Source: Oscillospiraceae bacterium | Lineage (GTDB): Bacteria; Bacteroidota; Bacteroidia; Bacteroidales; WCHB1-69 | DNA length: 64,000 bases | Assembly (NCBI GenBank): GCA_963603365.1 | Contig: CAVCMI010000015.1 | Coordinates: forward strand, 97,964 to 161,963 | Direction: 5' to 3' | Position numbers and translations under genes: made by a program | In this document: positions 55,602 through 64,000 of the stretch, in pieces | Layout of the letters: every line of letters begins with the position of its first letter | Numbering within the stretch: position 1 is the first letter of the stretch | The notes under the pieces: generated by a model | The model's input: the letters and a program-made list of their open reading frames with translations, nothing else | What the model was told of the DNA's origin: nothing | Databases searched by the model: none

Positions 55602-56387
55602 ATGACAGAAGCATTAGGGTTCATAAATTTTCGCATCATCGATGTAATCGACATCCTCATCGTAGCCATTGTACTTTATGAACTGTACAAGCTTACGAAA
55701 GGCACCGCCGCCGTGAAACTGTTCTGGGTGGTCGCGATTTTTTATGTGGCTTGGAAAGTGGTCACCTATTTCCACTTCACGATACTCTCTGAACTGCTCG
55801 GGGAGGTCATCAATATCGGCATTCTGGCAATTGTCATCCTCTTTGCGCCAGAAATCCGCAAGTTCCTGCTCTTCCTTGGTGACGGCAGGCTGCTGCGGTT
55901 TTTCAGCGACAAGTTCGGGCGGCAAGAACGTTCAAATGCTTTCACGGCAGAAGTGGAAGCCGTGCGCGAGGCCTGCCAACACATGTCTGACAGCAAAACG
56001 GGCGCACTGATCATCTTTGCCCGGGAAACGCCGCTCGACGATTACCTCAATACCGGGAAGACGATTGATGCCATGCCTACTTCAGAACTTTTGGAAAACA
56101 TCTTCTTCAAGAACAGTCCGCTGCACGACGGTGCGGTAATCATCAAAGACCACCGCATTGCGGCCGCACGCTGCATCCTGCCCGTTTCCAAGAGCACCAA
56201 CCTCCCGCAAGGCATCGGCTTGCGCCACCGCTCTGCCCTCGGCTCTACCGAACTGACAGACGCTATTGCCGTAATCGTCTCAGAACAGACGGGCACTATC
56301 TCGCTCTGCAAAAACGGCCAACTAACCCGAGGCATCAACTCTTCTACATTGAGACAACTCTTGCTTGAGAACCTTACAAAAGAATAA
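55602..56387 (+). CDS. cdaA: diadenylate cyclase CdaA (DisA_N / DAC domain, membrane-anchored)
   Basis: Three N-terminal TM helices. DAC motifs [38 protein letters not shown]. Confidence 0.9.
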   Translation: MTEALGFINFRIIDVIDILIVAIVLYELYKLTKGTAAVKLFWVVAIFYVAWKVVTYFHFTILSELLGEVINIGILAIVILFAPEIRKFLLFLGDGRLLRFFSDKFGRQERSNAFTAEVEAVREACQHMSDSKTGALIIFARETPLDDYLNTGKTIDAMPTSELLENIFFKNSPLHDGAVIIKDHRIAAARCILPVSKSTNLPQGIGLRHRSALGSTELTDAIAVIVSEQTGTISLCKNGQLTRGINSSTLRQLLLENLTKE

Positions 56388-56439
56388 TCCTGTCCGGGAT
56401 TGTCACATAAATCAAATTATCAACAAAAACAAAACAACA

Positions 56440-56985
56440 ATGAAAAAGTTCGTATGCAAAGTGTGCGGATTCGTCTATGAAGGCGATGAACCGCCGGCAA
56501 AATGCCCCCAATGCGGTCAACCGGCCGACAAGTTTGAAGAAGTCAAAGACGACGAGCTGTCGTTCGTCACAGAACATGTTTTAGGCGTGGCCAAAGACAC
56601 CGATGAGGAAATGATAAAAGACCTGAACGCTCATTTTATGGGCGAAGCCACAGAAGTCGGCATGTATCTGGCCATGAGCCGTCAGGCCGACCGCGAAGGC
56701 TACCCTGAGATAGCAGAGGCATTCAAACGCTATGCCTTTGAAGAGGCGGAGCATTGCGCCAAGTTCGCCGAACTGTTAGGCGATGTGGTCTGGGACACGA
56801 AAACGAATCTTGAAAAGCGTATGCTTGCCGAAAGCGGGGCCTGCGCCGACAAGATGCGGATTGCCAAACGAGCCAAAGAGATGAACTGGGATGCCGTCCA
56901 CGACACGGTTCACGAAATGGCAAAAGATGAGGCTCGGCACGGCTGCGGCTTCCAAGGCCTGTTCAACAGATATTTCAAGAAATAA
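56440..56985 (+). CDS. rbr: reverse rubrerythrin (N-terminal rubredoxin-like domain + diiron ferritin-like domain)
   Basis: Start at [26 protein letters not shown] (CxxC...CxxC), followed by diiron ligand helices ([30 protein letters not shown]). Confidence 0.85.
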   Translation: MKKFVCKVCGFVYEGDEPPAKCPQCGQPADKFEEVKDDELSFVTEHVLGVAKDTDEEMIKDLNAHFMGEATEVGMYLAMSRQADREGYPEIAEAFKRYAFEEAEHCAKFAELLGDVVWDTKTNLEKRMLAESGACADKMRIAKRAKEMNWDAVHDTVHEMAKDEARHGCGFQGLFNRYFKK

Positions 56986-57021
56986 CTGTCTGCCTCCTCT
57001 CAAAAAAAAAACGAAATCCAT

Positions 57022-57049
57022 AAGCCCTTTTTCTGAAAGGGCTTTTTTT
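57022..57049 (+). terminator. rho-independent terminator of the rubrerythrin gene
   Basis: AAGCCCTTT-TTCTG-AAAGGGCTT followed by TTTTTG. Confidence 0.8.
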
Positions 57050-57080
57050 GTGTTCTATTGTTTTCTTATGATTATGGAGA

Positions 57081-58217
57081 TTAACGGTAGAATACCTTCT
57101 TATAATCTTCTTTCCCCTCCTCTTCAGCATTCTTTTTGCTGATGTTCAGCAGCATGCCCATAGCGCACCCAGACACAAGCAATGACATGCCGCCACTGCT
57201 GATGAACGGAAGGGTCTGTCCCGTAGTCGGCAACAATTCACAGTTGACGCCAATATGCACCAGTGCCTGGCATGTAAACCAAAAGCCTATGCCAAAAGCG
57301 AGCAGGGCTCCTAACGAGTCTGACGATTTTTTGGCAATGCGCCACGACCGGTAAAAGATCACCAAATATGAAAGCAATACAGGAATGCCGACAAGCAGTC
57401 CCGTTTCTTCAAACAAGGAAGCATATGCGTAGTCCGTGTCATTCTCTGGCAACCTGTTTTTGATTACCCCCTTTCCAGGACCGGCAGGACTGAGTCCGGA
57501 ACGCGCTATGGCGGCACGCGACAGAATCATCTGATCGCCATAGCCGTTGCTGTTGTCTTTGGTGAAATAGTATTCAAGACGATTCACAAACGTGCCCATT
57601 CGGCCGATTTTTCCGCCGTTGTCACTTTTTATTACGACAAAAGCAAGTATGGCAACCACGGCAACCGCTATGCCCAACAGCCTCAAGATATGTTTGATCT
57701 TGAAGTTTCCTACGAAAAAGATGACCAGCCCTGTAATGAAAAGGATGATGGCCGTGGACATGTTCAAGACGGCTATCGTTCCGCAAAACCCAAGCAGCAG
57801 TGCCCCTAAATAGGTCATGTCCGAATCCGACAACTGACAATCTCGCTTATAGCGGCGGCCTATGAAGTTGCATAGAAAGATAATGACGAAAAAACCAATG
57901 ACATAGAAAGTCTGGACATTGCGACCCATCAAAGTAATGCCGCGCACTGCACGCGACCCCAGCGTCAACACTAACAGCAAGATGGCGAAAAGAAGCATCA
58001 GGAAAGAGAAGTTTTCTGCCAATTTTCTGTAACTTATGGTATAGCAGAAGACAAGTCCAATATAGCAGGCCAACAGATGGATAAGATGTCCACTCACCTG
58101 TTTGCCGCCCGTACTATAGACCACCAGCGTGGATATGAGCGTCAAGAAGATAACAATGCCGAGAATGACCTTGTCGCCTTTAAACGAGAGCGCCGCTTTC
58201 TTTGCTTCTTTTCCCAT
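57081..58217 (-). CDS. ftsW: SEDS-family peptidoglycan polymerase FtsW
   Basis: About 10 TM helices. LPENDTDYAYASLFEETGLLVG and TGQTLPFISSGGMSLL correspond to the SEDS motifs LPE.HTDFIF..IGEE.G and TG..LPF.SYGGSS, somewhat diverged. Position in the dcw cluster. Confidence 0.8.
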   Translation of the reverse strand: MGKEAKKAALSFKGDKVILGIVIFLTLISTLVVYSTGGKQVSGHLIHLLACYIGLVFCYTISYRKLAENFSFLMLLFAILLLVLTLGSRAVRGITLMGRNVQTFYVIGFFVIIFLCNFIGRRYKRDCQLSDSDMTYLGALLLGFCGTIAVLNMSTAIILFITGLVIFFVGNFKIKHILRLLGIAVAVVAILAFVVIKSDNGGKIGRMGTFVNRLEYYFTKDNSNGYGDQMILSRAAIARSGLSPAGPGKGVIKNRLPENDTDYAYASLFEETGLLVGIPVLLSYLVIFYRSWRIAKKSSDSLGALLAFGIGFWFTCQALVHIGVNCELLPTTGQTLPFISSGGMSLLVSGCAMGMLLNISKKNAEEEGKEDYKKVFYR

Positions 58218-58223
58218 GATGTC

Positions 58224-58781
58224 TTATAGTTGCCCAACCGCTTTTTGGAATCTGTTGCCGCGTTCGCGGTAGGTTACTTGCGCCGTCCCGCTGACACCTG
58301 GCGAGAAGAGGATAACATACCCCTCTTTGCTGCTGTAGTAAGCTTCGCGCACGGCATCGTCAATGTTCATCTCGATACACATAGGAATGGCGAGAGAAGA
58401 TATGCTTTCATAAACCTCTGTGTTATAAACGCCTTGAAGCACGATGCATTTCACCTTTTCGCGCACCACTTTCAGCAAGTCTTCGGTCAGATTCTCAGCC
58501 TCGTCAATATTTGTAATCCACACCGTAGGCTTTGTCATGCTCTGCAGTGCGAACCATACCGCATTGGTGTTCGTGGATCGTGAATCGTCAATGAAATCGA
58601 CCCCGTTAAGGCTTTTTACATGTTCCAGTTTATGCGAACTCCCCTCAAAGTCGGACAAGGAATCGGCTATGTTTTTCTTCCGGATGTTGATCAGGCGAGC
58701 ATTCAAGGCTGCCGTCATCGTGTTTGTACGCTCTCTTTCCTGCTCGAAGAGGCGGAAACTGTTTGTTCTGTTTGTGGGCAT
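58224..58781 (-). CDS. murD: MurD (UDP-N-acetylmuramoylalanine--D-glutamate ligase) C-terminal-domain-only remnant; possible pseudogene
   Basis: 185-aa ORF between mraY and ftsW. LSDFEGSSHKLEHV..NGVDFIDDSRSTNTNA...ILFSPGVSG...YRERGNRFQKAV aligns only to the MurD C-terminal domain. No N-terminal or ATP-binding (P-loop) domain is present. Confidence 0.65.
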   Translation of the reverse strand: MPTNRTNSFRLFEQERERTNTMTAALNARLINIRKKNIADSLSDFEGSSHKLEHVKSLNGVDFIDDSRSTNTNAVWFALQSMTKPTVWITNIDEAENLTEDLLKVVREKVKCIVLQGVYNTEVYESISSLAIPMCIEMNIDDAVREAYYSSKEGYVILFSPGVSGTAQVTYRERGNRFQKAVGQL

Positions 58782-58814
58782 AATGTCAAAGGTTTTATGG
58801 TTTACTTATAATTG

Positions 58815-60071
58815 TTATCTGACTTTAAGGGTGGCTACGGCAAGCACGGCAAGGATGAGCCCTATGATGATAAAGCGTTGCACTATCTTGGCTTCGTGCA
58901 TGCCTTTTTTCTGGTAATGGTGATGCAGCGGCGCCATCAAGAAGACGCGTCTTCCCTCGCCGTAGCGTTTTTTCGTGTATTTGAAATAGGAGACTTGTAT
59001 CAACACGGAGCATGATTGGGCAAGATATATGCCGCACAATATCGGTATCAACAGTTCTTTGCGAATGATGATGCACGAAACCGCCACAATTCCGCCTAAC
59101 ATCAGGCTGCCTGTGTCGCCCATAAATATCTGGGCAGGATAGCAGTTCCACCAATAGAAGCCGAGACACGCTCCGATGACAGACGAAATGAATATCACAA
59201 GTTCTCCGATATTTGGTATATACATAATATTCAAATAATTGGCAAATATGACATTGCCTGACACGTAGGCGAGCACGGCTATGCCGACGGCTATTACAGA
59301 GGTGGTTCCTGTGGCAAGGCCGTCAAGACCGTCTGTGAGGTTTGCCCCGTTGGAGACGGCCGCAATGATGAAGACGACTACCAAGATGAAAAAGACGAAC
59401 GACCATTTGCCGGTAGTGTCTCCAAGCCATCTGGTGAACCAGGCATAGTCGAACTCGTTGTTTTTCACAAACGGGATTGTCGTTTTTGTGGAATGATGTG
59501 GCGCGTCAAACAAATGGGAGGTTTTGGGACTGCCTTGGTTTTCGACGGAAAGGGCGCTTTCTATGGGGGTCATCTTCGGTTGTGCAGCTGTTTTTTCGCA
59601 AATCTTGGCATCAGGATGAAAGAACATGACAATACCGACGAGGAGCCCGAGAATCACCTGACCAGCAAGTTTCTTGCGTGGCGAAAGTCCCTCCTTGTTT
59701 TTCTTGAACACTTTGATGTAATCGTCCATGAAGCCGAGCAGTCCGAGCCATACGGTTGTAAAAATCATCAGCAGCACATAGATATTCTTCAAGTTGCACA
59801 GCAGCAATGCCGGTATCAAGATGGCTGCCAATATGATAAGACCGCCCATCGTAGGGGTTCCGGCTTTCTCGTTCTGACCCTCGAGTCCAAGTTCCCGAAT
59901 CGTTTCACCAATTTGTTTTCTTTTCAGAAAACGGATAAAATACTTGCCGACGAATATGGAGATGAAAAGAGAAAGGACAAAAGCCACCGCTGACCGGAAC
60001 GAGATGTAGTTGAACACGCCCGAACCCGGAAGTCCGATACTGTACAGCCATTTGAACAAATAGTAAAGCAT
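58815..60071 (-). CDS. mraY: phospho-N-acetylmuramoyl-pentapeptide transferase MraY
   Basis: K.GTPTMGG, MDDYIKV, NGANLTDGLDGLA, FMGDTGSLMLGG and APLHHHYQKKG are classical MraY motifs. Confidence 0.95.
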   Translation of the reverse strand: MLYYLFKWLYSIGLPGSGVFNYISFRSAVAFVLSLFISIFVGKYFIRFLKRKQIGETIRELGLEGQNEKAGTPTMGGLIILAAILIPALLLCNLKNIYVLLMIFTTVWLGLLGFMDDYIKVFKKNKEGLSPRKKLAGQVILGLLVGIVMFFHPDAKICEKTAAQPKMTPIESALSVENQGSPKTSHLFDAPHHSTKTTIPFVKNNEFDYAWFTRWLGDTTGKWSFVFFILVVVFIIAAVSNGANLTDGLDGLATGTTSVIAVGIAVLAYVSGNVIFANYLNIMYIPNIGELVIFISSVIGACLGFYWWNCYPAQIFMGDTGSLMLGGIVAVSCIIIRKELLIPILCGIYLAQSCSVLIQVSYFKYTKKRYGEGRRVFLMAPLHHHYQKKGMHEAKIVQRFIIIGLILAVLAVATLKVR

Positions 60072-60090
60072 TTTCTCTCTTGATTATTGA

Positions 60091-61620
60091 TTAGTTTTCG
60101 TTTGCGAAAAAGGTGTTTATCTCTTCCATATCATCAAAATGATGCTTCTGGTGATTGATTTCCTGATAGTTCTCGTGTCCCTTCCCGGCAACAAGCAGCA
60201 CGCCGCCGGGTTTCAACAACATACAGGCAGTCTTGATAGCCTCGCGGCGGTTTTCGATGATGAGAATGTTTTTCTTTTTCTCTTCGGGCACTCCGGCGAG
60301 CATATCGTTGAGAATGGCGGCCGGGTCTTCAGTCCGCGGATTGTCGGAGGTGAACACTGCCCGTGTGCTGTATTGGCAGGCAATGCCAGCCATCTCCGGC
60401 CGTTTGGTCTTGTCGCGATCGCCGCCGCACCCTACTACCGTAATGATCTCGGCATCCTTGCCCGCGATCTCGCGAACAGTGGAGAGCACATTCTGCAATG
60501 CGTCGGGGGTGTGGGCATAATCCACGATAGCGGTACTGCCATCGCTGCGATGCCGTTGCTGAAAACGCCCCGAAGCGCTGTCCAACGTACTCATCTGGGT
60601 CAAGGCTTCGTGCCCGGGCATGCCTAAAAGCACAGCCGTACCGTAAATGGCCAACAGGTTGTAGGCGTTGAAGCGGCCGCACAGCTTGAAATATACCTCC
60701 TGTCCATTGATGCGCATTTGCAGTCCGTGGAAACAGTCGTTCAGAACCACCCCTTTGAAGTCGGCAGCCGTCTGCAGGCTGTATGTATGAATCCGGGCGC
60801 GGCAGTTCTGCACCATCACCATACCATTGCGGTCGTCAATATTGGTGAGTGCGAACGCATTTTTGGGCAGATGGTCAAAAAACGCTTTTTTTGCTGCGAT
60901 ATAGTTAGCGAAAGTCTTGTGAAAGTCCAGATGGTCGTGTGTGATATTGCTGAACAAAGCGCCGGCAAACTGGAGGCCGGCGATGCGATGCTGGGACACC
61001 GCATGGGAGCTGACCTCCATAAAACAATACTCACATCCCGCGTCTGCCATTTGTTGAAGCAGGCTGTTCAGTTCAATGGCATCAGGGGTGGTATGCGTGG
61101 CCGGCACCTCCTGCCAATTGATCTTGTTCACGATGGTAGACAGCAGCCCTGCGGGGTGGCCTGTCTGCATGAACAGCCGGTGCAGCAACGTCACGGTTGT
61201 TGTCTTCCCGTTAGTGCCCGTAATGCCGACCAGTTTAAGACGGCGGCTCGGGTGTCCGTAGAATGCCGAAGCCATGTTGCCGAGTGCGACTGTGCTGTCG
61301 GGAACCTTCACGAACGTGACGTCCTGGAAACTCGCCACACCGCCTTCAGGCAGTTCCTCGCAAACCACGGCACGGCATCCTTTCTCAATGACCTGCGTGA
61401 CAAACCTATGGCCGTCCGTCTGTGTGCCGCGCTGCGCTACGTACAGCGGACTTTCTCCTGGCAGCCCCGAGGCGGCAACCTTTCGCGAATCGAACGTCAT
61501 CTCCGTAACATAAACCTCCGGGCTTCCGACAAGTTCGTATTGCTTCAGCGATTTCAAAAGTTCTGCTAACGGTTTCACTTCTTTACTGGTTTTATTGTTA
61601 GTGTCTGTTTTATTACTCAA
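60091..61620 (-). CDS. murE: UDP-N-acetylmuramoyl-L-alanyl-D-glutamate--2,6-diaminopimelate ligase MurE
   Basis: P-loop GITGTNGKTTT, EVSSHA, ITHDHLDFH, VDYAHTPDAL, GCGGDRDKTKRP (DAP-specific DNPR-like DNPRTEDP). Confidence 0.93.
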   Translation of the reverse strand: MSNKTDTNNKTSKEVKPLAELLKSLKQYELVGSPEVYVTEMTFDSRKVAASGLPGESPLYVAQRGTQTDGHRFVTQVIEKGCRAVVCEELPEGGVASFQDVTFVKVPDSTVALGNMASAFYGHPSRRLKLVGITGTNGKTTTVTLLHRLFMQTGHPAGLLSTIVNKINWQEVPATHTTPDAIELNSLLQQMADAGCEYCFMEVSSHAVSQHRIAGLQFAGALFSNITHDHLDFHKTFANYIAAKKAFFDHLPKNAFALTNIDDRNGMVMVQNCRARIHTYSLQTAADFKGVVLNDCFHGLQMRINGQEVYFKLCGRFNAYNLLAIYGTAVLLGMPGHEALTQMSTLDSASGRFQQRHRSDGSTAIVDYAHTPDALQNVLSTVREIAGKDAEIITVVGCGGDRDKTKRPEMAGIACQYSTRAVFTSDNPRTEDPAAILNDMLAGVPEEKKKNILIIENRREAIKTACMLLKPGGVLLVAGKGHENYQEINHQKHHFDDMEEINTFFANEN

Positions 61621-63901
61621 GATAAAGTTTCACAGTCCGGTTTTTCGTGTCGCACACCTGTGCTCTCACTGTCCCTCTTCCGTGGACAGCAACTTTATAG
61701 CCGGCCCTTGTCAATGAAGTCACGGCATCTGAGGCGATCATATTCTTCACATTCGGGACACCCTCCACCGTCGAAGGTTTCAGCGTCTTGACAACGGGTA
61801 TGTATCTCGGGGTTTTAGCGTTGTTTGCAGAGGTTTTCTCGCGGGTCATCGAAAGAAATTGCGCTTGGGTATCATACGCCACCGTATCGTAGCCCATATT
61901 ATGGAGCAGCACATTGAAATAGCGTTTATTCACCGGGCTGTTGAAGTATGCCGGTTTCACCGGATACTCGGCAATACTGTGCATTGCACTGAAATTATTG
62001 GTATTCATAATGTTCCGTGCAATTTTGGAGAACACGTCCACGGCAACCTCGCTATGCTGGGGCACGTTGTAGATATAGACAATCGCCGTGTATTTAGGTT
62101 TTTCTTTTGGAAAATAACCGCAAAAAGAGACCGCATTGCGGTTATAATTGTAGGCTTTGGCTTCGGCGTCCCAGATGTCGCGCGTGCCGGTCTTCCCCGC
62201 AAACGGGCAAGTGGAATCCTTGAAGTGACGCCCCGTGCCGTATCTTCCCCACACGACACTGTCAAGATAACGGCGGGCCGTCTTCAGGGTCGATTCAGAA
62301 ACAAAATGTTCTGTCAGCACCTCTGCCTCGTAAGTCTGCAGCGTGTCATAGTCGTTGGTGACATGTCTGACGAAGAGCGGGGCAAGCATTTTACCGTTGT
62401 TGGCAATGGCGTTATAATAGATAAGCGTACGAAGGACGGGCACGTTGAACCCGGCACCGAAGCAGGTGGCATAATAGTTGTCAAAGCGTCCGTCGTTGCG
62501 GATGCCGGCGGGCATCAAATCGCCAAGCTGGGTATGTATAGTGTCAAAGAAGCCGAACTTGGCAAGCTGCGCCCTATAGGAGGCGAAATTGCGCATGCCG
62601 TAGGCGTCAAAAATCATCGAGGCGATGCCGATGTTAGAGGAACGTTGGAAAATCTCATTGGAGTTGCCGTATGCCTCTCCGCGCGTCTTGCTGTCGCTTT
62701 TCGTATAGGCACGTTCGCTCCCCGACTTGTTCTTCACCTTAAAGGTATGGTTGAACATCGGATAGAGTGCAGTATCTTTCTTGTTCTCGCCTTGTTTCTT
62801 TTCGAGGAATGCCAACAGAGAGGCCAACTTGAACGTTGAACCGGGCTCAACCTTTGCATTGAGGGCATATTCCATACTCTCGTTATAGAACGATCCGTCC
62901 TTGCTTGCGCGGCGCAGGTTAGAGACAGCCTTAACTGCACCCGTAGCGGTTTCCATAACAATCACGCAGCCCCATTCGGCGTTCAGTTCCTGCAATTTGC
63001 GCGACAGTTCGTTGTGTACAATGTTCTGTATCTCCAAATTCAACGTTGTGTGGATATTATAGCCGTCCACAGGGTCAAGGCGCTCATTGAGCGGCACCAC
63101 GGCATGGTTGAGTTCCAGGTACTTTTTGCTGCCTTTCTCGCCGGCGAGCACATTGTCCATATAGTATTCAAGCCCATAATGGCGACCCTCCGTGTTGAAT
63201 CCCAGCGTCCGGCGGGCCATCTCCCCATACGGGTTGATTCGTACGGGACAAGACACAAAGTTGAGGTAACGGCAGAACCTTACCGTATCCGTCACCAGCG
63301 AGGTCTTCTTGTCAAGCACCTTGCGCATAAGATACGGGCGGTTTTTTAGGAATGACGTGTCGATGGAGGTCACCCACAATTTCTCGTTCCACACCTTGAC
63401 GGGTATAATCGTGGCATATTGCCTTTTTTGGTAGTTCTTAGTGAAAACCGAATAGTAGTGCCTTTCGGTGTATTTGGGATAACGGTCCTTGAACTGTTTG
63501 TAAAAATCGGCAGAAAGGCTTTTGAGAATGTTATCGACCTCAGCGTTAGAATATTTCGGAGAAGCATACTCTTTAGCGAACTGTTTCCCGTCGAAGGCTA
63601 TCTCAAAGACCGTGTAGTTGCCCGTCAGCAGGCGGCCGTGGTCGTCGTAGATCTCACCGCGCTGCGGACGCAGGGTGTTGGCTTTCACATAGCAATTGCA
63701 GGACGTGTCGAGGTCGGCCTTCTGGCTGTCAACTGTAAGGTCTATGCAATTGTCGCCGGTACCCTTGGCAAGCGACCGTTCAAAGACAGACAGGTAGAGG
63801 ATCTGTCCGAGGCACGCAATTCCTAAAAGCAGCACAAAAAAACGCACTATCGTCATCCTGACGGCATTGACCTCGCTCTTGCTCTTCCCTTTATTTTCCA
63901 T
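61613..63901 (-). CDS. ftsI: class B penicillin-binding protein (FtsI/PBP3-type transpeptidase)
   Basis: N-terminal TM anchor. Transpeptidase motifs STFK (EPGSTFKLA), SSN (QRSSNIG) and KTGT (AGKTGTRD). C-terminal PASTA-like tail. First biosynthetic gene of the dcw cluster. Confidence 0.88.
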   Translation of the reverse strand: MENKGKSKSEVNAVRMTIVRFFVLLLGIACLGQILYLSVFERSLAKGTGDNCIDLTVDSQKADLDTSCNCYVKANTLRPQRGEIYDDHGRLLTGNYTVFEIAFDGKQFAKEYASPKYSNAEVDNILKSLSADFYKQFKDRYPKYTERHYYSVFTKNYQKRQYATIIPVKVWNEKLWVTSIDTSFLKNRPYLMRKVLDKKTSLVTDTVRFCRYLNFVSCPVRINPYGEMARRTLGFNTEGRHYGLEYYMDNVLAGEKGSKKYLELNHAVVPLNERLDPVDGYNIHTTLNLEIQNIVHNELSRKLQELNAEWGCVIVMETATGAVKAVSNLRRASKDGSFYNESMEYALNAKVEPGSTFKLASLLAFLEKKQGENKKDTALYPMFNHTFKVKNKSGSERAYTKSDSKTRGEAYGNSNEIFQRSSNIGIASMIFDAYGMRNFASYRAQLAKFGFFDTIHTQLGDLMPAGIRNDGRFDNYYATCFGAGFNVPVLRTLIYYNAIANNGKMLAPLFVRHVTNDYDTLQTYEAEVLTEHFVSESTLKTARRYLDSVVWGRYGTGRHFKDSTCPFAGKTGTRDIWDAEAKAYNYNRNAVSFCGYFPKEKPKYTAIVYIYNVPQHSEVAVDVFSKIARNIMNTNNFSAMHSIAEYPVKPAYFNSPVNKRYFNVLLHNMGYDTVAYDTQAQFLSMTREKTSANNAKTPRYIPVVKTLKPSTVEGVPNVKNMIASDAVTSLTRAGYKVAVHGRGTVRAQVCDTKNRTVKLYLE

Positions 63902-64000
63902 CTTTCCGTTTTTTGGAGAACAAGCGGCGCCTTTCGGGACCTTCGCGCTTTACCCTGATTGTATAACTATGTTTTTCTTCCATCACATAGCCCTTCTCCT
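63891..64000 (-). CDS. FtsL-like cell-division protein, C-terminal fragment (5' end outside window)
   Basis: Hand translation of the minus strand from the window edge gives ...EKGYVMEEKHSYTIRVKREGPERRRLFSKKRKDGK*. The stop overlaps the ftsI start by 11 nt. The call rests on position only. Confidence 0.35.
   Translation of the reverse strand, partial: EKGYVMEEKHSYTIRVKREGPERRRLFSKKRKDGK

Noticed and set aside
1-64000. A window-wide look for CRISPR arrays, IS elements, prophage genes, toxin-antitoxin pairs and restriction-modification genes.
   Set aside because: None was seen. Intergenic regions are all under about 450 nt and are accounted for by promoters, leaders and terminators. Every ORF over about 150 aa outside shadow frames has a housekeeping or envelope assignment.

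Overview
This window looks like a 64-kb stretch of core chromosome from a Bacteroidota (Bacteroidales, Prevotella-like) anaerobe. The lineage call rests on three things. TAnnTTTG -7 promoter boxes sit about 15-100 nt upstream of most genes. There are no Shine-Dalgarno sequences. The gene content is typical of the phylum: bamA followed by tandem OmpH/Skp genes, a DUF6089 barrel, a CarboxypepD_reg-type TonB receptor, PFOR, a 2x[4Fe-4S] ferredoxin and a reverse rubrerythrin.

I support about 54 protein-coding genes, one tRNA-Asp(GTC), several rho-independent terminators and about 20 promoter boxes. Functions group as follows:
- Cofactor and nucleotide metabolism: ribD, coaX, purD, apt, metK, speB.
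- Translation: truA, engB, prfA, rlmN, infC-rpmI-rplT.
- DNA repair: an AddA/RecB-like helicase-nuclease, uvrA, sbcCD.
- Fermentation and redox: ackA, nifJ/PFOR, a ptb-like acyltransferase, ferredoxin, rubrerythrin.
- Envelope biogenesis: lptC, uppS, bamA, 3x ompH, an MltF-like and an EnvC-like protein, and ftsL-ftsI-murE-mraY-murD'-ftsW.
- Signalling: c-di-AMP synthesis by cdaA.

I saw no transposase, integrase, CRISPR array, toxin-antitoxin pair or recognisable defence island, and I did not find a convincing undescribed multi-gene system. The observations most worth a second look are:
- murD is reduced to a 185-aa C-terminal-domain remnant inside an otherwise intact dcw cluster, and the cluster stops abruptly after ftsW.
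- A solitary AddA-like helicase-nuclease sits next to tRNA-Asp.
- The metK leader is structured.
- A MauE-thioredoxin fusion carries two cysteine motifs.

All calls come from reading the translations and the DNA by eye; no database search was run. Many starts were trimmed relative to the ORF track to the first ATG downstream of a promoter box or at a canonical N-terminus, and these remain judgement calls.
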